Positions 1 to 7,388 of a stretch of 25,277 bases of DNA are shown here, piece after piece (the first letter of the stretch is position 1; each line of letters starts with the position of its first letter). The translations under genes were made by a program, and so were the position numbers. This DNA is from Nitrososphaerota archaeon (GTDB lineage: Archaea; Thermoproteota; Nitrososphaeria_A; Caldarchaeales; Calditenuaceae): positions 1 to 25,277 of the forward strand of contig JAWBQR010000013.1 of NCBI GenBank assembly GCA_038845265.1. Direction: 5' to 3'. The notes under the pieces are model-generated. The model searched no databases. It saw only the letters and a list, made by a program, of their open reading frames with translations, and was not told where the DNA came from.

Positions 1-83
1 TCAGAAAAAGATGCTCAAACTTTTAAGTCAAAAGCTAGCTGCAGAGTAGAAATCCTAAAACCAGAAGAATAGGTGAGATTTAA

Positions 84-545
84 TTGAACTGTACTAGTCA
101 CAACATGATTTATGAAGGGATAGTCAACATATTCAATGGCGATATCCTTATCGAGGTAGTCGAGATGTGGAAATGTAAAAAATGCGGTGCAACACGTGTA
201 AGCATTAGGGGACCAGGAATCACTGGAACTAATGAAGGAGTTCTCGGAGCCATAGACCCATCTGATGGGAGACGCTGGATGCTTATAATTAGTAAAGGAA
301 TGGGTTCATTACCGCCTCAACTTTATGTCATTCCAGCCATGCCTGGGGAGACTGTGATGTTAAATATTCCTAACGAGACAGAACGCGAGCTTATTATTAA
401 TGCAGAGTATAATCTCATAACTAAGCAAAGCATGTCCAAACCAAGATATGTAGTATCATATCTACTTGAAGACGTAATCAGAGGGAGTATCGACTTATCA
501 AGCTGGCCACCTTCTGTCCTTTCACTTAAAAATCAATCAAGATAA
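84..545 (+). CDS. hypothetical protein (153 aa) with a single CxxC (WKCKKCG)
   Basis: Only long ORF here. A GGTGA SD-like motif at 73-77 lies 6 nt upstream of TTG 84, with an alternative ATG at 105. No family motif recognised. The 3' end overlaps the convergent RNase Z 3' end by 13 nt. Confidence 0.45.
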   Translation: MNCTSHNMIYEGIVNIFNGDILIEVVEMWKCKKCGATRVSIRGPGITGTNEGVLGAIDPSDGRRWMLIISKGMGSLPPQLYVIPAMPGETVMLNIPNETERELIINAEYNLITKQSMSKPRYVVSYLLEDVIRGSIDLSSWPPSVLSLKNQSR

Positions 546-1512
546 GGGACCTCTACTTTATCTAAATCATGAGGTAAATACGATCTTTGAAATATTTTTT
601 TCGCCTCTGATAAGAGTTTTTCTTCATTATCTTGATATCTCGGACTGATATGAAATAAATATAGTTCTCTTACGTTGGCTTTTAATGCAATTTCAGCGGC
701 CTGCTCAGCAGTTGAGTGTCCATCCTCCATTGCCTTTTTCAAATGCTCTGAGCTAAAGGTTGCATCATGTATCAGAACATCTGCATTTTTCGAAAAGTCA
801 TCAAATGCTCTGAGCTAAAGGTTGCATCATGTATCAGAACATCTGCATTTTTCGAAAAGTCAATTAGCCGGTCGACTGGTCTCGTATCTCCTGTGTAAAC
901 AATAGTGCGTCCCGGCCTAGGCGGACCGACTGCTTTTGCGGGGTCGATTATCTGTCCCTTATGCTCTACAGGCACTCCTCTTTGCAATAACCCCCACTTG
1001 GGTCCCCTCTCAAGTCCTATTGACTCCAAATATTCAACATTCATTCGGCCAGGTCTGTCGTTCTCCTTTAACCTGTATGCATATGCCTCTACACTGTGAT
1101 CAACGGCCATTGTATCTATTGTGAAGCCTCTACTCCGATATATGATGCCCTCGCTAATCTCACTTATTCTTACTACGAATGGCAGTTCTACGCGACAAGC
1201 ACCGAGGAGCATTTCTACTACTTCTCTCAATCCATGCGGTCCATGAATCGTTATGGGCGCATCACGACCAAGCATACCAAGAGTAAATAGAAGGCCAGGT
1301 ATACCAAGGAAATGATCAGCATGTAGGTGAGTCACAAATACATTGATATTTCTCGGCAATCCCAAGCCCGAGACCAGTAATTGTCTCTGAGTTGATTCTC
1401 CACAATCAAAGATCAACAGTTCGCCAGCATATCTTACCGCTATTGATGGCAGTCCCCTTTCCTTAGTGGGCATACTGCCCCCGGTGCCAAGGAATACAAC
1501 GAGCATCTGCAT
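533..1512 (-). pseudogene. rnz: Ribonuclease Z (tRNA 3' endonuclease, metallo-beta-lactamase fold), frameshifted by an internal 62-bp tandem duplication
   Basis: ORF 772..1512 has the FLGTGGS start and the HxHxDH motif (VTHLHADHFLG). ORF 533..742 has the C-terminal RNase Z blocks GHSTAEQAAEIA and LFHISPRY. Deleting one 62-bp copy joins them in frame (..HDATFSSEHL|KKAMEDGHST..) into one ORF of about 305 aa. The TATA-like TTTAAATA (minus strand, 1526-1533) is so close to the start that the second ATG (1506) may be the leaderless start. Confidence 0.85.
739..862. repeat. Perfect head-to-tail tandem duplication, 2 x 62 bp (739-800 = 801-862)
   Basis: Direct base-by-base comparison: both copies read tcaaatgctctgagctaaaggttgcatcatgtatcagaacatctgcatttttcgaaaagtca. 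The flanking bases 738/800 and 801/863 differ, which fixes the boundaries. Confidence 0.95.
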
Positions 1513-1650
1513 CAGTTTTTCACACTATTTAAACATCAAAGCAATCTTTAAAGTTAGAGAATGCTTCCCTCACAAAAATAAAATCTATCAAACTACCTTA
1601 CTATTCATTCGATTACCAGGACATTCTGTATCCTTTTATATGAATATGAA

Positions 1651-2409
1651 TTAGCTCAAACGATTAAGCCAATAGAGTTTTTTCCTACTCCAAAGCTCAA
1701 GCCCATCTTCTAACCCATATGGTATTATGAAATCCTTAACGAAACATATGTGTTCTCTTATTGAGTTAAGAATTTCTTGTTGATCTACATTCTTAATACT
1801 CATTCGTCTGGTCAATGCTTCTATCGGTGGAAGATGAAATGGCAGACCAGTATATTTAATCTGCGATTTACAGTATCTGCTTAACTGCCTCTTAAGAAAT
1901 GATCCGTCGTATCCAGTGATACATACCGCCTTACCGTATTTCGAGGCCTCTGTAGCTATATATTCTGCCTCTTCTCTGATCCATTTCTCAAAATCACAGG
2001 TTCTTGTCGAAAGAATATTCAGCCATCTATCAATACTTATTCTGTTTGTTATAATATCATGTAATGTAAGCTGAGCTGATAGGAAGGCGAACTCTATCTC
2101 TAATTTGCTCTTTAAAACAGAGCCATAACAGTACACTTCTCTGCCACGAGATAGGGAGCATAAAGCCATTAAAAGCTCTTCGTAGCCTCTTATTGAAGAT
2201 ATTGGAAATGTCTCACTGGGCATTATTTCTAAAATCTGTTTGATGAAGAGATCGAAATTTTTATGCTTCAAATATTCAGAGACGTAACATTCAAATTCTC
2301 TTGGCAGGTCTATGAATACTGAATCGAATTCTAACTCTTTGAGTAATTTAATAGTCTCTATCGTTGCCCTCTTAGTCGGTGGCTTTACAATGACATAAAC
2401 TGCGCACAT
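1651..2409 (-). CDS. hypothetical protein (252 aa)
   Basis: Long ORF, co-directional with and 38 nt downstream of the M50 protease gene. No family recognised by eye. Confidence 0.5.
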   Translation of the reverse strand: MCAVYVIVKPPTKRATIETIKLLKELEFDSVFIDLPREFECYVSEYLKHKNFDLFIKQILEIMPSETFPISSIRGYEELLMALCSLSRGREVYCYGSVLKSKLEIEFAFLSAQLTLHDIITNRISIDRWLNILSTRTCDFEKWIREEAEYIATEASKYGKAVCITGYDGSFLKRQLSRYCKSQIKYTGLPFHLPPIEALTRRMSIKNVDQQEILNSIREHICFVKDFIIPYGLEDGLELWSRKKLYWLNRLS

Positions 2410-2447
2410 CTGATACTAATTATGGATTTTAAAGTTTATTTTTATTT

Positions 2448-3731
2448 TTAAGCCAGGAGAGCGAGATAGGGTACCATGATAAGAGAGAAGATCAACCCTA
2501 CCAATACTAAGGTCACTGAGACTGATAAGTAAAATGCTGACTTTTCACCTAGTTTCTTACCTATCGTTATTGAGAAAAGTTTTCGTAAAGCCTGGCCTCC
2601 GTCAAGTGGATATATTGGAAGGGCATTGAATATTGCTACGTTTATATTTACGAACCATATCCAAAAAAGAAGGTTCGCTATGATATAATAATTTTGTCCA
2701 AATAATGGATGAATGTATAGTGATTTGACGTCGAAGCAGGCTGTTGTCGTTGACTGATTCGTTGTTGAACAGATCATCCTATCAGAATAAGGATGCAAAA
2801 CTGTCGGATACGAAGGTGGCACAAGGTGAATTATTGGATTTTTTAATGCAACATTTTTGTAGGAATCCAAATATTGCACAGACCACTCTAAAATGTCGCT
2901 ATTGGCAATTTTTACTCCTATCATGGGATGCCCGCCTCCTAGATCCCTTAACTCTACGTTAAATTTCTTAACCTCTTTTACATCCTTTCTAAGCACGCTG
3001 ACGGTTACGTATTCCCCGAATTTCTTAGATTCAAGAATCTTTCTCAACTCTGTTAGAGAGCTTATTTGTTTGTCGTCGATCGCTATAATCTCGTCTCCAG
3101 GCATTATGCCAACTTCACTTGCTGAAGAGCTAGGCAGTACTTCAGACACGATGATTCCTAGTGCTGGCTGTAGTCCTGTGATTATTATTAATAATCCCAC
3201 TAGGCACAGGGTCGCAACAGCAACATTAGATATTGGGCCGCCTGATAACACACGTGCAACATCACGAGTTTTACCGGACTTTAGTTCCTCCTCGTTTATT
3301 TCTACAAAGGCGCCGATAGGTATTCCTAAAAACAATATCATTCCAGTCGTTTTCACTTGATAGCCAACCATTCTAGCGATTATGCCATGCATAGATTCAT
3401 GAGCTATTATCGCGACCAAGATTCCTATCCAGCCATAAATAATCGGTAGGTAGGGATTAATCCCGGGGATTAAAAGTAAAGACTGAGGGCCAGCCTCTCT
3501 CTGTGCCTCCTGAACCTCAGGTCTTGTAAGAACTAGCATTACAGAATTAACAAGCAGTAAGATTCCTCCGGCTGCTACGAATGGTAATAAAAAAATTGAT
3601 ATCCAGCTGAAAACTCTCGTTAACCTAGTTCCAGCGACTTTCTCATAGAACTTAAGCAGTCTATCTGTCTTCAATAAAATAAATGGAAGCTTGACCTCTA
3701 TTGCCAAGTCTCTATATGATTTACTAACCAT
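2448..3731 (-). CDS. Site-2 protease, peptidase M50 family, polytopic membrane protein with an inserted PDZ domain
   Basis: HExxH (AHESMHG) sits in a hydrophobic segment. The second M50 motif NALPIYPLDGGQ is present. A PDZ-like segment (GIMPGDEIIAIDDKQISSLTEL) lies between them, and there are multiple hydrophobic helices. Confidence 0.85.
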   Translation of the reverse strand: MVSKSYRDLAIEVKLPFILLKTDRLLKFYEKVAGTRLTRVFSWISIFLLPFVAAGGILLLVNSVMLVLTRPEVQEAQREAGPQSLLLIPGINPYLPIIYGWIGILVAIIAHESMHGIIARMVGYQVKTTGMILFLGIPIGAFVEINEEELKSGKTRDVARVLSGGPISNVAVATLCLVGLLIIITGLQPALGIIVSEVLPSSSASEVGIMPGDEIIAIDDKQISSLTELRKILESKKFGEYVTVSVLRKDVKEVKKFNVELRDLGGGHPMIGVKIANSDILEWSVQYLDSYKNVALKNPIIHLVPPSYPTVLHPYSDRMICSTTNQSTTTACFDVKSLYIHPLFGQNYYIIANLLFWIWFVNINVAIFNALPIYPLDGGQALRKLFSITIGKKLGEKSAFYLSVSVTLVLVGLIFSLIMVPYLALLA

Positions 3732-3751
3732 CTACCATTAATCCGCAAACC

Positions 3752-3759
3752 TATTTAAT
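3752..3759 (-). promoter_or_regulatory. TATA-like box (ATTAAATA on minus strand) for the M50 protease gene
   Basis: Centred about 24 nt upstream of ATG 3731, which implies a leaderless or near-leaderless mRNA. Confidence 0.35.
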
Positions 3760-3909
3760 AACGATTTAGAACGTACTTCTTGATTCCAAAAATGACTTCA
3801 TTAAATTAAGTAATTTTTGTAGGAGTAATACTCTAAGAATATGCAATAAAAGGAAAATAAAAATGATTAAATAAGAGATAAAATTTATCCCACAGACGAG
3901 GCCGGAAAA

Positions 3910-4100
3910 GGAGAAGGGGGAATCGCTCAAATCTACGACTTAACCCGGGGTAAGCCCTGGTTTAAGTAGTAGATTAATGCGAGCCCCCCATCGGATTCGA
4001 GGTGATAATGCCCTAAGAATCCGTTGGACCAATCTTCGGGGAAAGGCGGGGCGAACACCAGCCGTCCCCGGAGTAAGTCCTCCTCCGAAAGCCCCTTAAT
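3910..4100 (+). ncRNA. Unclassified GC-rich structured RNA of about 190 nt with a four-way-junction (giant cloverleaf-like) fold; strand tentative
   Basis: Hand count gives about 56% G+C over 3901-4095 versus about 21% over 3781-3880. Closing stem 3910-3915/4081-4086. Hairpin 3916-3989 has about 28 bp and a UAAG loop. Hairpin 3992-4023 has 7 bp and an 18-nt loop GAGGUGAUAAUGCCCUAA. Hairpin 4026-4080 is branched and GC-rich. Linkers are only 2 nt. An AAATTTAT box at 3881-3888 predicts a TSS near G3910, and a T4 run lies at 4103-4106. Three G.U pairs (3947.3958, 4046.4065, 4071.4036) work only on the + strand and two other positions only on the - strand. No ORF is present. Confidence 0.6.
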
Positions 4101-4118
4101 CATTTTAAAGTATCATTT

Positions 4119-4757
4119 CTATGTTATCGATAGAAATTTTTGAAAATATTGGTCTGGAGATAATTCATTCACTTCAAAATCATCGATATTCAGTATAAAC
4201 ACTGAATGTAATCTACATCTTTTAAGTTCATCATAAGTTATCGGTGGATTAGAATAATATTTGTCACAGAGAATCTTGAGTTTGTTTAATTCTTGTTCTT
4301 CACGGAATCTGGGCGGTTTCAGAAGTTCCGCAGGAATTTCAAGGATATTGTGCCTTGGAGTTGCTAAGCAGAACTTATTCGCAAATATGCTATATCTAGC
4401 TACTTTGCTTACAATTCTCGCCTGAAGATACATCAATGGATCTAATGCATGGTCAGGCGGTGTAAAACCAGTCTCCACCTCAACTATAACTACACCCTCA
4501 CCCTTTACTCCATAAACATCACAAACAAGTAAGTCTGAAAGCATACGCTCAACATCAACCGAATATCCTCTCAAGACTAAATATGCTGCACATATCATTT
4601 CCATTATAGAGTGATTTATCTTTACTAGTTTCTGTCTATATAGTTCTGAAAGCTTTATCAATAATTTCTTAAGTTCTCTCTCAACCATTACGCCATATCT
4701 ATCAATAAGCTTCTTGAAAACTATCTCCAAATCATTATCGAATTTCTCCATGTTCAT
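4119..4757 (-). CDS. hypothetical protein (212 aa) with a possible PD-(D/E)xK (restriction-endonuclease-like / Hjc-like) core
   Basis: The segment SIMEMICAAYLVLRGYSVDVER..LLVCDVYGVKGEGVVIVEVETG follows the helix-E / strand-D / strand-ExK layout of Hjc-type nucleases, but reads E-V-E instead of E-x-K. It starts 13 nt downstream of the mtaC-like stop on the same strand. Confidence 0.5.
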   Translation of the reverse strand: MNMEKFDNDLEIVFKKLIDRYGVMVERELKKLLIKLSELYRQKLVKINHSIMEMICAAYLVLRGYSVDVERMLSDLLVCDVYGVKGEGVVIVEVETGFTPPDHALDPLMYLQARIVSKVARYSIFANKFCLATPRHNILEIPAELLKPPRFREEQELNKLKILCDKYYSNPPITYDELKRCRLHSVFILNIDDFEVNELSPDQYFQKFLSIT

Positions 4758-4770
4758 ATTATTTCATGAG

Positions 4771-5418
4771 TTACTTGACCCATAATTTACATATTTTTAC
4801 TCCTTCAAATGCATTCTCTCCATATCCATCGGCACCTATTTCTTCTGCGTATTCTTTAGTTAGGGGGGCGCCGCCAACTATAATCTTCACTCTGTCTCTA
4901 ACATTTGCTTTCTTGAGTTCCTCTATAACAATTCTCATCTCTGGCATTGTAACTGTTAAGAGTGCTGAGAGAGCTACAATATTAGCTTCATTCCTGATTA
5001 CAGCGTCTACGAATTTTTCAGGGGCTACGTCTGCGCCTAGATCAATAACCTCAAATCCAGCTGTCTCAAGCAGCATTGCTACAATGTTCTTACCGATGTC
5101 ATGAATATCTCCCCTGACAGTGCCGATAACTACTTTTCCCAATTTTTTAGCTGGGACGCCACTGGCCTTTAGAATCGGGTTGAGGATGCTTATTATTTGT
5201 TTACTTATCTCGCCTGCAGCTATTAATTCTGATAGGAAGTATTCTCCTTTTTCAAATTTTTCTCCAACGATCTCTAACCCTTTAACTATAGAATTTGAAA
5301 TTATTTCTTGTGGATTCACTCCAGCATTTATGGCTTCTTTTGTGTACTCTAATGCTAAATCATTCTGAATATTAATTATAGCCTCTTTAATCTTTTCAAT
5401 TAGCTCCTCTTTCTGCAT
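4771..5418 (-). CDS. mtaC: Corrinoid (cobalamin-binding) methyltransferase protein, MtaC/MtbC family
   Basis: N-terminal helical cap followed by a Rossmann-like B12-binding domain. It carries the DxHxxG motif (GDIHDIGKNIV), SxL (LSALLT) and GG (IIVGGAPL). Confidence 0.85.
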   Translation of the reverse strand: MQKEELIEKIKEAIINIQNDLALEYTKEAINAGVNPQEIISNSIVKGLEIVGEKFEKGEYFLSELIAAGEISKQIISILNPILKASGVPAKKLGKVVIGTVRGDIHDIGKNIVAMLLETAGFEVIDLGADVAPEKFVDAVIRNEANIVALSALLTVTMPEMRIVIEELKKANVRDRVKIIVGGAPLTKEYAEEIGADGYGENAFEGVKICKLWVK

Positions 5419-5505
5419 GTTTTTCAGTTAAATAATTATGTCTGGAATAAAAATATTTTTCGAGGACTAAAATAATCATTTTTAGAGAGGAAACTTTACA
5501 AATTT

Positions 5506-7386
5506 ATGAGTAAAGTGAATGGAAAGAATCTACATAGACTCAAAACAATAATAAATGATAGAGAAATTGAACTATGGATTAACCCTAGTGAAACATTACT
5601 AGAGAACTTAATTCATCATGGAATAGAAATAGATAATCTATGTGGAGGAAGAGGAATATGTGGAAAATGTTCAGTGAAAATCCTAGAAGGAAAACTATCA
5701 CAACCATCAGATATTGAAAAAAAGTGGTTGAATATTCTTGGAAAAGATATGAGGCTGAGTTGTCAGGCAAAAACCCTCACAGACTCCGTAATAAAAATTG
5801 AAAGAATCAGTAGCGCCAGCGATGGAAAGATACTTACGTGGCGGAGAAGGAGGGACATAGGACTAAAGCCCAGAATCACCGTTAAAACTATCAAACTCGA
5901 AATTCCAGCGATATTTGATGGAAGAGGAGACCTAGAAAGACTTTTGGATGCCTCTCACATACAGAATTACGACCCTTTAATAGTAAAATATGTCTCAAGT
6001 GTCATTAGAGAAGTTGGTAACGAAGTTAGAGTAGTTCTGTATGATGGAGAAATTATTGACTTGATTCCCAGTAAGAGTATGTGTAGACTAATGGGCGCCG
6101 CAGTCGATATAGGGACGACGACTGTAGTGCTTTCTATATATGACTTGCTGACAGGCGATGTCGTTGCAACCGAGTCATCATATAATCAACAAATAATGTT
6201 CGGAGAAGACGTTATAACTAGAGTTGATTATGCTTCAAGAAATATAACGAATGTTGATGAATTAAGGAACGCAATCATTAATACAATAAATGATTTATTC
6301 AATAATGTGTTTAAAAACAATAACCTAGAAAATCGATATTTATATGAAGTAGTATGTTCAGGGAATACAACTATGCTCTCATTTTTGTTTGGTAATAATT
6401 TTTATTACTCTACCAGGGCTCCCTTCATTCCTCCATTTACTTCATCTATTAAAGTTAAGGCAAGAGATTTAGGAATAAAAATAAATTCTAATGGATACAT
6501 AAGAACGCTGCCATCCATCTCTTCATACATAGGAGGCGACGTAGTTGCCGATATACTATCCTCTGGGCTTCATGAATATGAAGGAATAGCAGTGCTTTTA
6601 GACATTGGCACTAATGGCGAAATCGTGCTAAAGTCCCGTTCAGGAGAGTTATTAGCAACTTCATGTGCAGCTGGCCCAGCTTTAGAGGGTTACGGGATAA
6701 AGCATGGGATGAGAGCAACTAAAGGAGCAATAGAATCGATTATTATAGACGAGGAAGGAAGGAGCTACTATAGAGTCATCGGCAATACTAAACCGATTGG
6801 AATTTGTGGCTCTGGAGTAGTAGAAGCAGTAGCTTGGATGTGGATAAGAGGGATTATCGATGATTCTGGGAGAATGCTTAAAAACACGTATAGGTTGTTT
6901 TCTATGAGTGGAGACGAGCTCCAATATATACTCGTTCCAGCAAATGAGGCAAGTAACTTAAAAGAAATTACCATAACTCAAAGCGATATCCGTAAGATTC
7001 AACTAGCAAAGGCCGCCATATTCAGCGCATTTATAACTCTTCTACGCATTGCAAAAATAAGTATCGAAGACATCGAGAGAGTATTCGTGGCAGGGGCATT
7101 TGGCAATTATTTAGACATTTTCGCGGCTCAAATACTAGGCATGCTCCCAGACATTCCACGAGACCGATTCTCCTTCATAGGGAATGGCTCCCTAGCTGGA
7201 GCAGAGATGATGCTGCTCTCAAAAGATATCGAGGACCAACTACAGGAGATAATTAAAAAAACTAAAGTAATTGAGCTAAACATAGTGAAAGATTTTCAGA
7301 AGGAATTCATCGATGCCACCCAAATTCCACATGCAAGAAAAGAGCTATTCAGAAACGTTATAAACGAAGCTGTCTCTCTAAGATAG
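5506..7386 (+). CDS. Reductive activator of corrinoid enzymes (RACE/RACo-type): N-terminal plant-type [2Fe-2S] ferredoxin domain plus ASKHA-fold ATPase (DUF4445-like)
   Basis: Cys pattern CGGRGICGKCSV...LSCQA in the first 90 aa. ASKHA phosphate motifs AVDIGTTTVV and LLDIGTNGEIVL are present. The length of 626 aa is typical of the family. Confidence 0.8.
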   Translation: MSKVNGKNLHRLKTIINDREIELWINPSETLLENLIHHGIEIDNLCGGRGICGKCSVKILEGKLSQPSDIEKKWLNILGKDMRLSCQAKTLTDSVIKIERISSASDGKILTWRRRRDIGLKPRITVKTIKLEIPAIFDGRGDLERLLDASHIQNYDPLIVKYVSSVIREVGNEVRVVLYDGEIIDLIPSKSMCRLMGAAVDIGTTTVVLSIYDLLTGDVVATESSYNQQIMFGEDVITRVDYASRNITNVDELRNAIINTINDLFNNVFKNNNLENRYLYEVVCSGNTTMLSFLFGNNFYYSTRAPFIPPFTSSIKVKARDLGIKINSNGYIRTLPSISSYIGGDVVADILSSGLHEYEGIAVLLDIGTNGEIVLKSRSGELLATSCAAGPALEGYGIKHGMRATKGAIESIIIDEEGRSYYRVIGNTKPIGICGSGVVEAVAWMWIRGIIDDSGRMLKNTYRLFSMSGDELQYILVPANEASNLKEITITQSDIRKIQLAKAAIFSAFITLLRIAKISIEDIERVFVAGAFGNYLDIFAAQILGMLPDIPRDRFSFIGNGSLAGAEMMLLSKDIEDQLQEIIKKTKVIELNIVKDFQKEFIDATQIPHARKELFRNVINEAVSLR

Positions 7387-7388
7387 TT

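Noticed and set aside
1-72. An open frame running from the window edge to TAG 70-72 (..KASCRVEILKPEE*), possibly the 3' end of an upstream gene. Its stop overlaps the SD of ORF 84..545.
   Set aside because: Only 23 codons are visible, which is too short to support a call.
533-545. Convergent gene ends: a 13-nt overlap at 533-545 between ORF 84..545 and rnz, and a 2-nt gap at 7387-7388 between the activator and mtaB. These could be deliberate antisense regulation.
   Set aside because: Tight convergent packing is common in compact archaeal genomes, and nothing in the sequence indicates a specific mechanism.
739-862. The tandem repeat as a mini CRISPR or satellite array.
   Set aside because: There are only two copies, directly abutting with no spacer, lying inside a recognisable coding sequence. 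It is a simple duplication.
2893-3360. Long antisense ORFs in the track: 2893..3360+, 4766..5104+, 5120..5368+, 8251..8742+, 9632..9958-, 11490..11798+, 12409..12639+, 17195..17464-, 20884..21183+, 21643..21939+ and similar.
   Set aside because: Each lies entirely opposite a gene with clear family motifs. They have Ser/Pro/Ile-rich low-complexity composition and no start-site signals. They are shadow ORFs.
3828-3837. The 10-mer ATACTCTAAG is shared between the spacer at 3828-3837 and the mtaB/URO-D spacer at 8834-8843. CTAAGAAT also occurs at 4013-4020.
   Set aside because: Hundreds of shared 10-mers are expected by chance in 25 kb of AT-rich DNA, and the positions relative to starts are not consistent.
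3893-4097. The GC-rich RNA as RNase P RNA or SRP RNA. ACAGACGAGGCC (3893-3904) resembles CR-V. GUAAGUCCUCC (4073-4083) resembles CR-I, and the two could form a P4-like helix with a bulged U.
   Set aside because: The two blocks are in the wrong 5'-to-3' order for RNase P. The CR-V-like block lies upstream of the predicted TSS, and both blocks are engaged in other, better helices. There is no SRP helix-8 GGAA/AGCA motif and no UGUNR Alu motif. The length is about 190 nt rather than about 300 nt. A minimal or permuted RNase P cannot be excluded without a covariance-model search.
5449-5460. A perfect palindrome AAAAATATTTTT in the mtaC/activator divergent spacer.
   Set aside because: It is a low-complexity A/T run and is most simply part of back-to-back TATA/BRE regions. 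It is not distinctive enough to call an operator.
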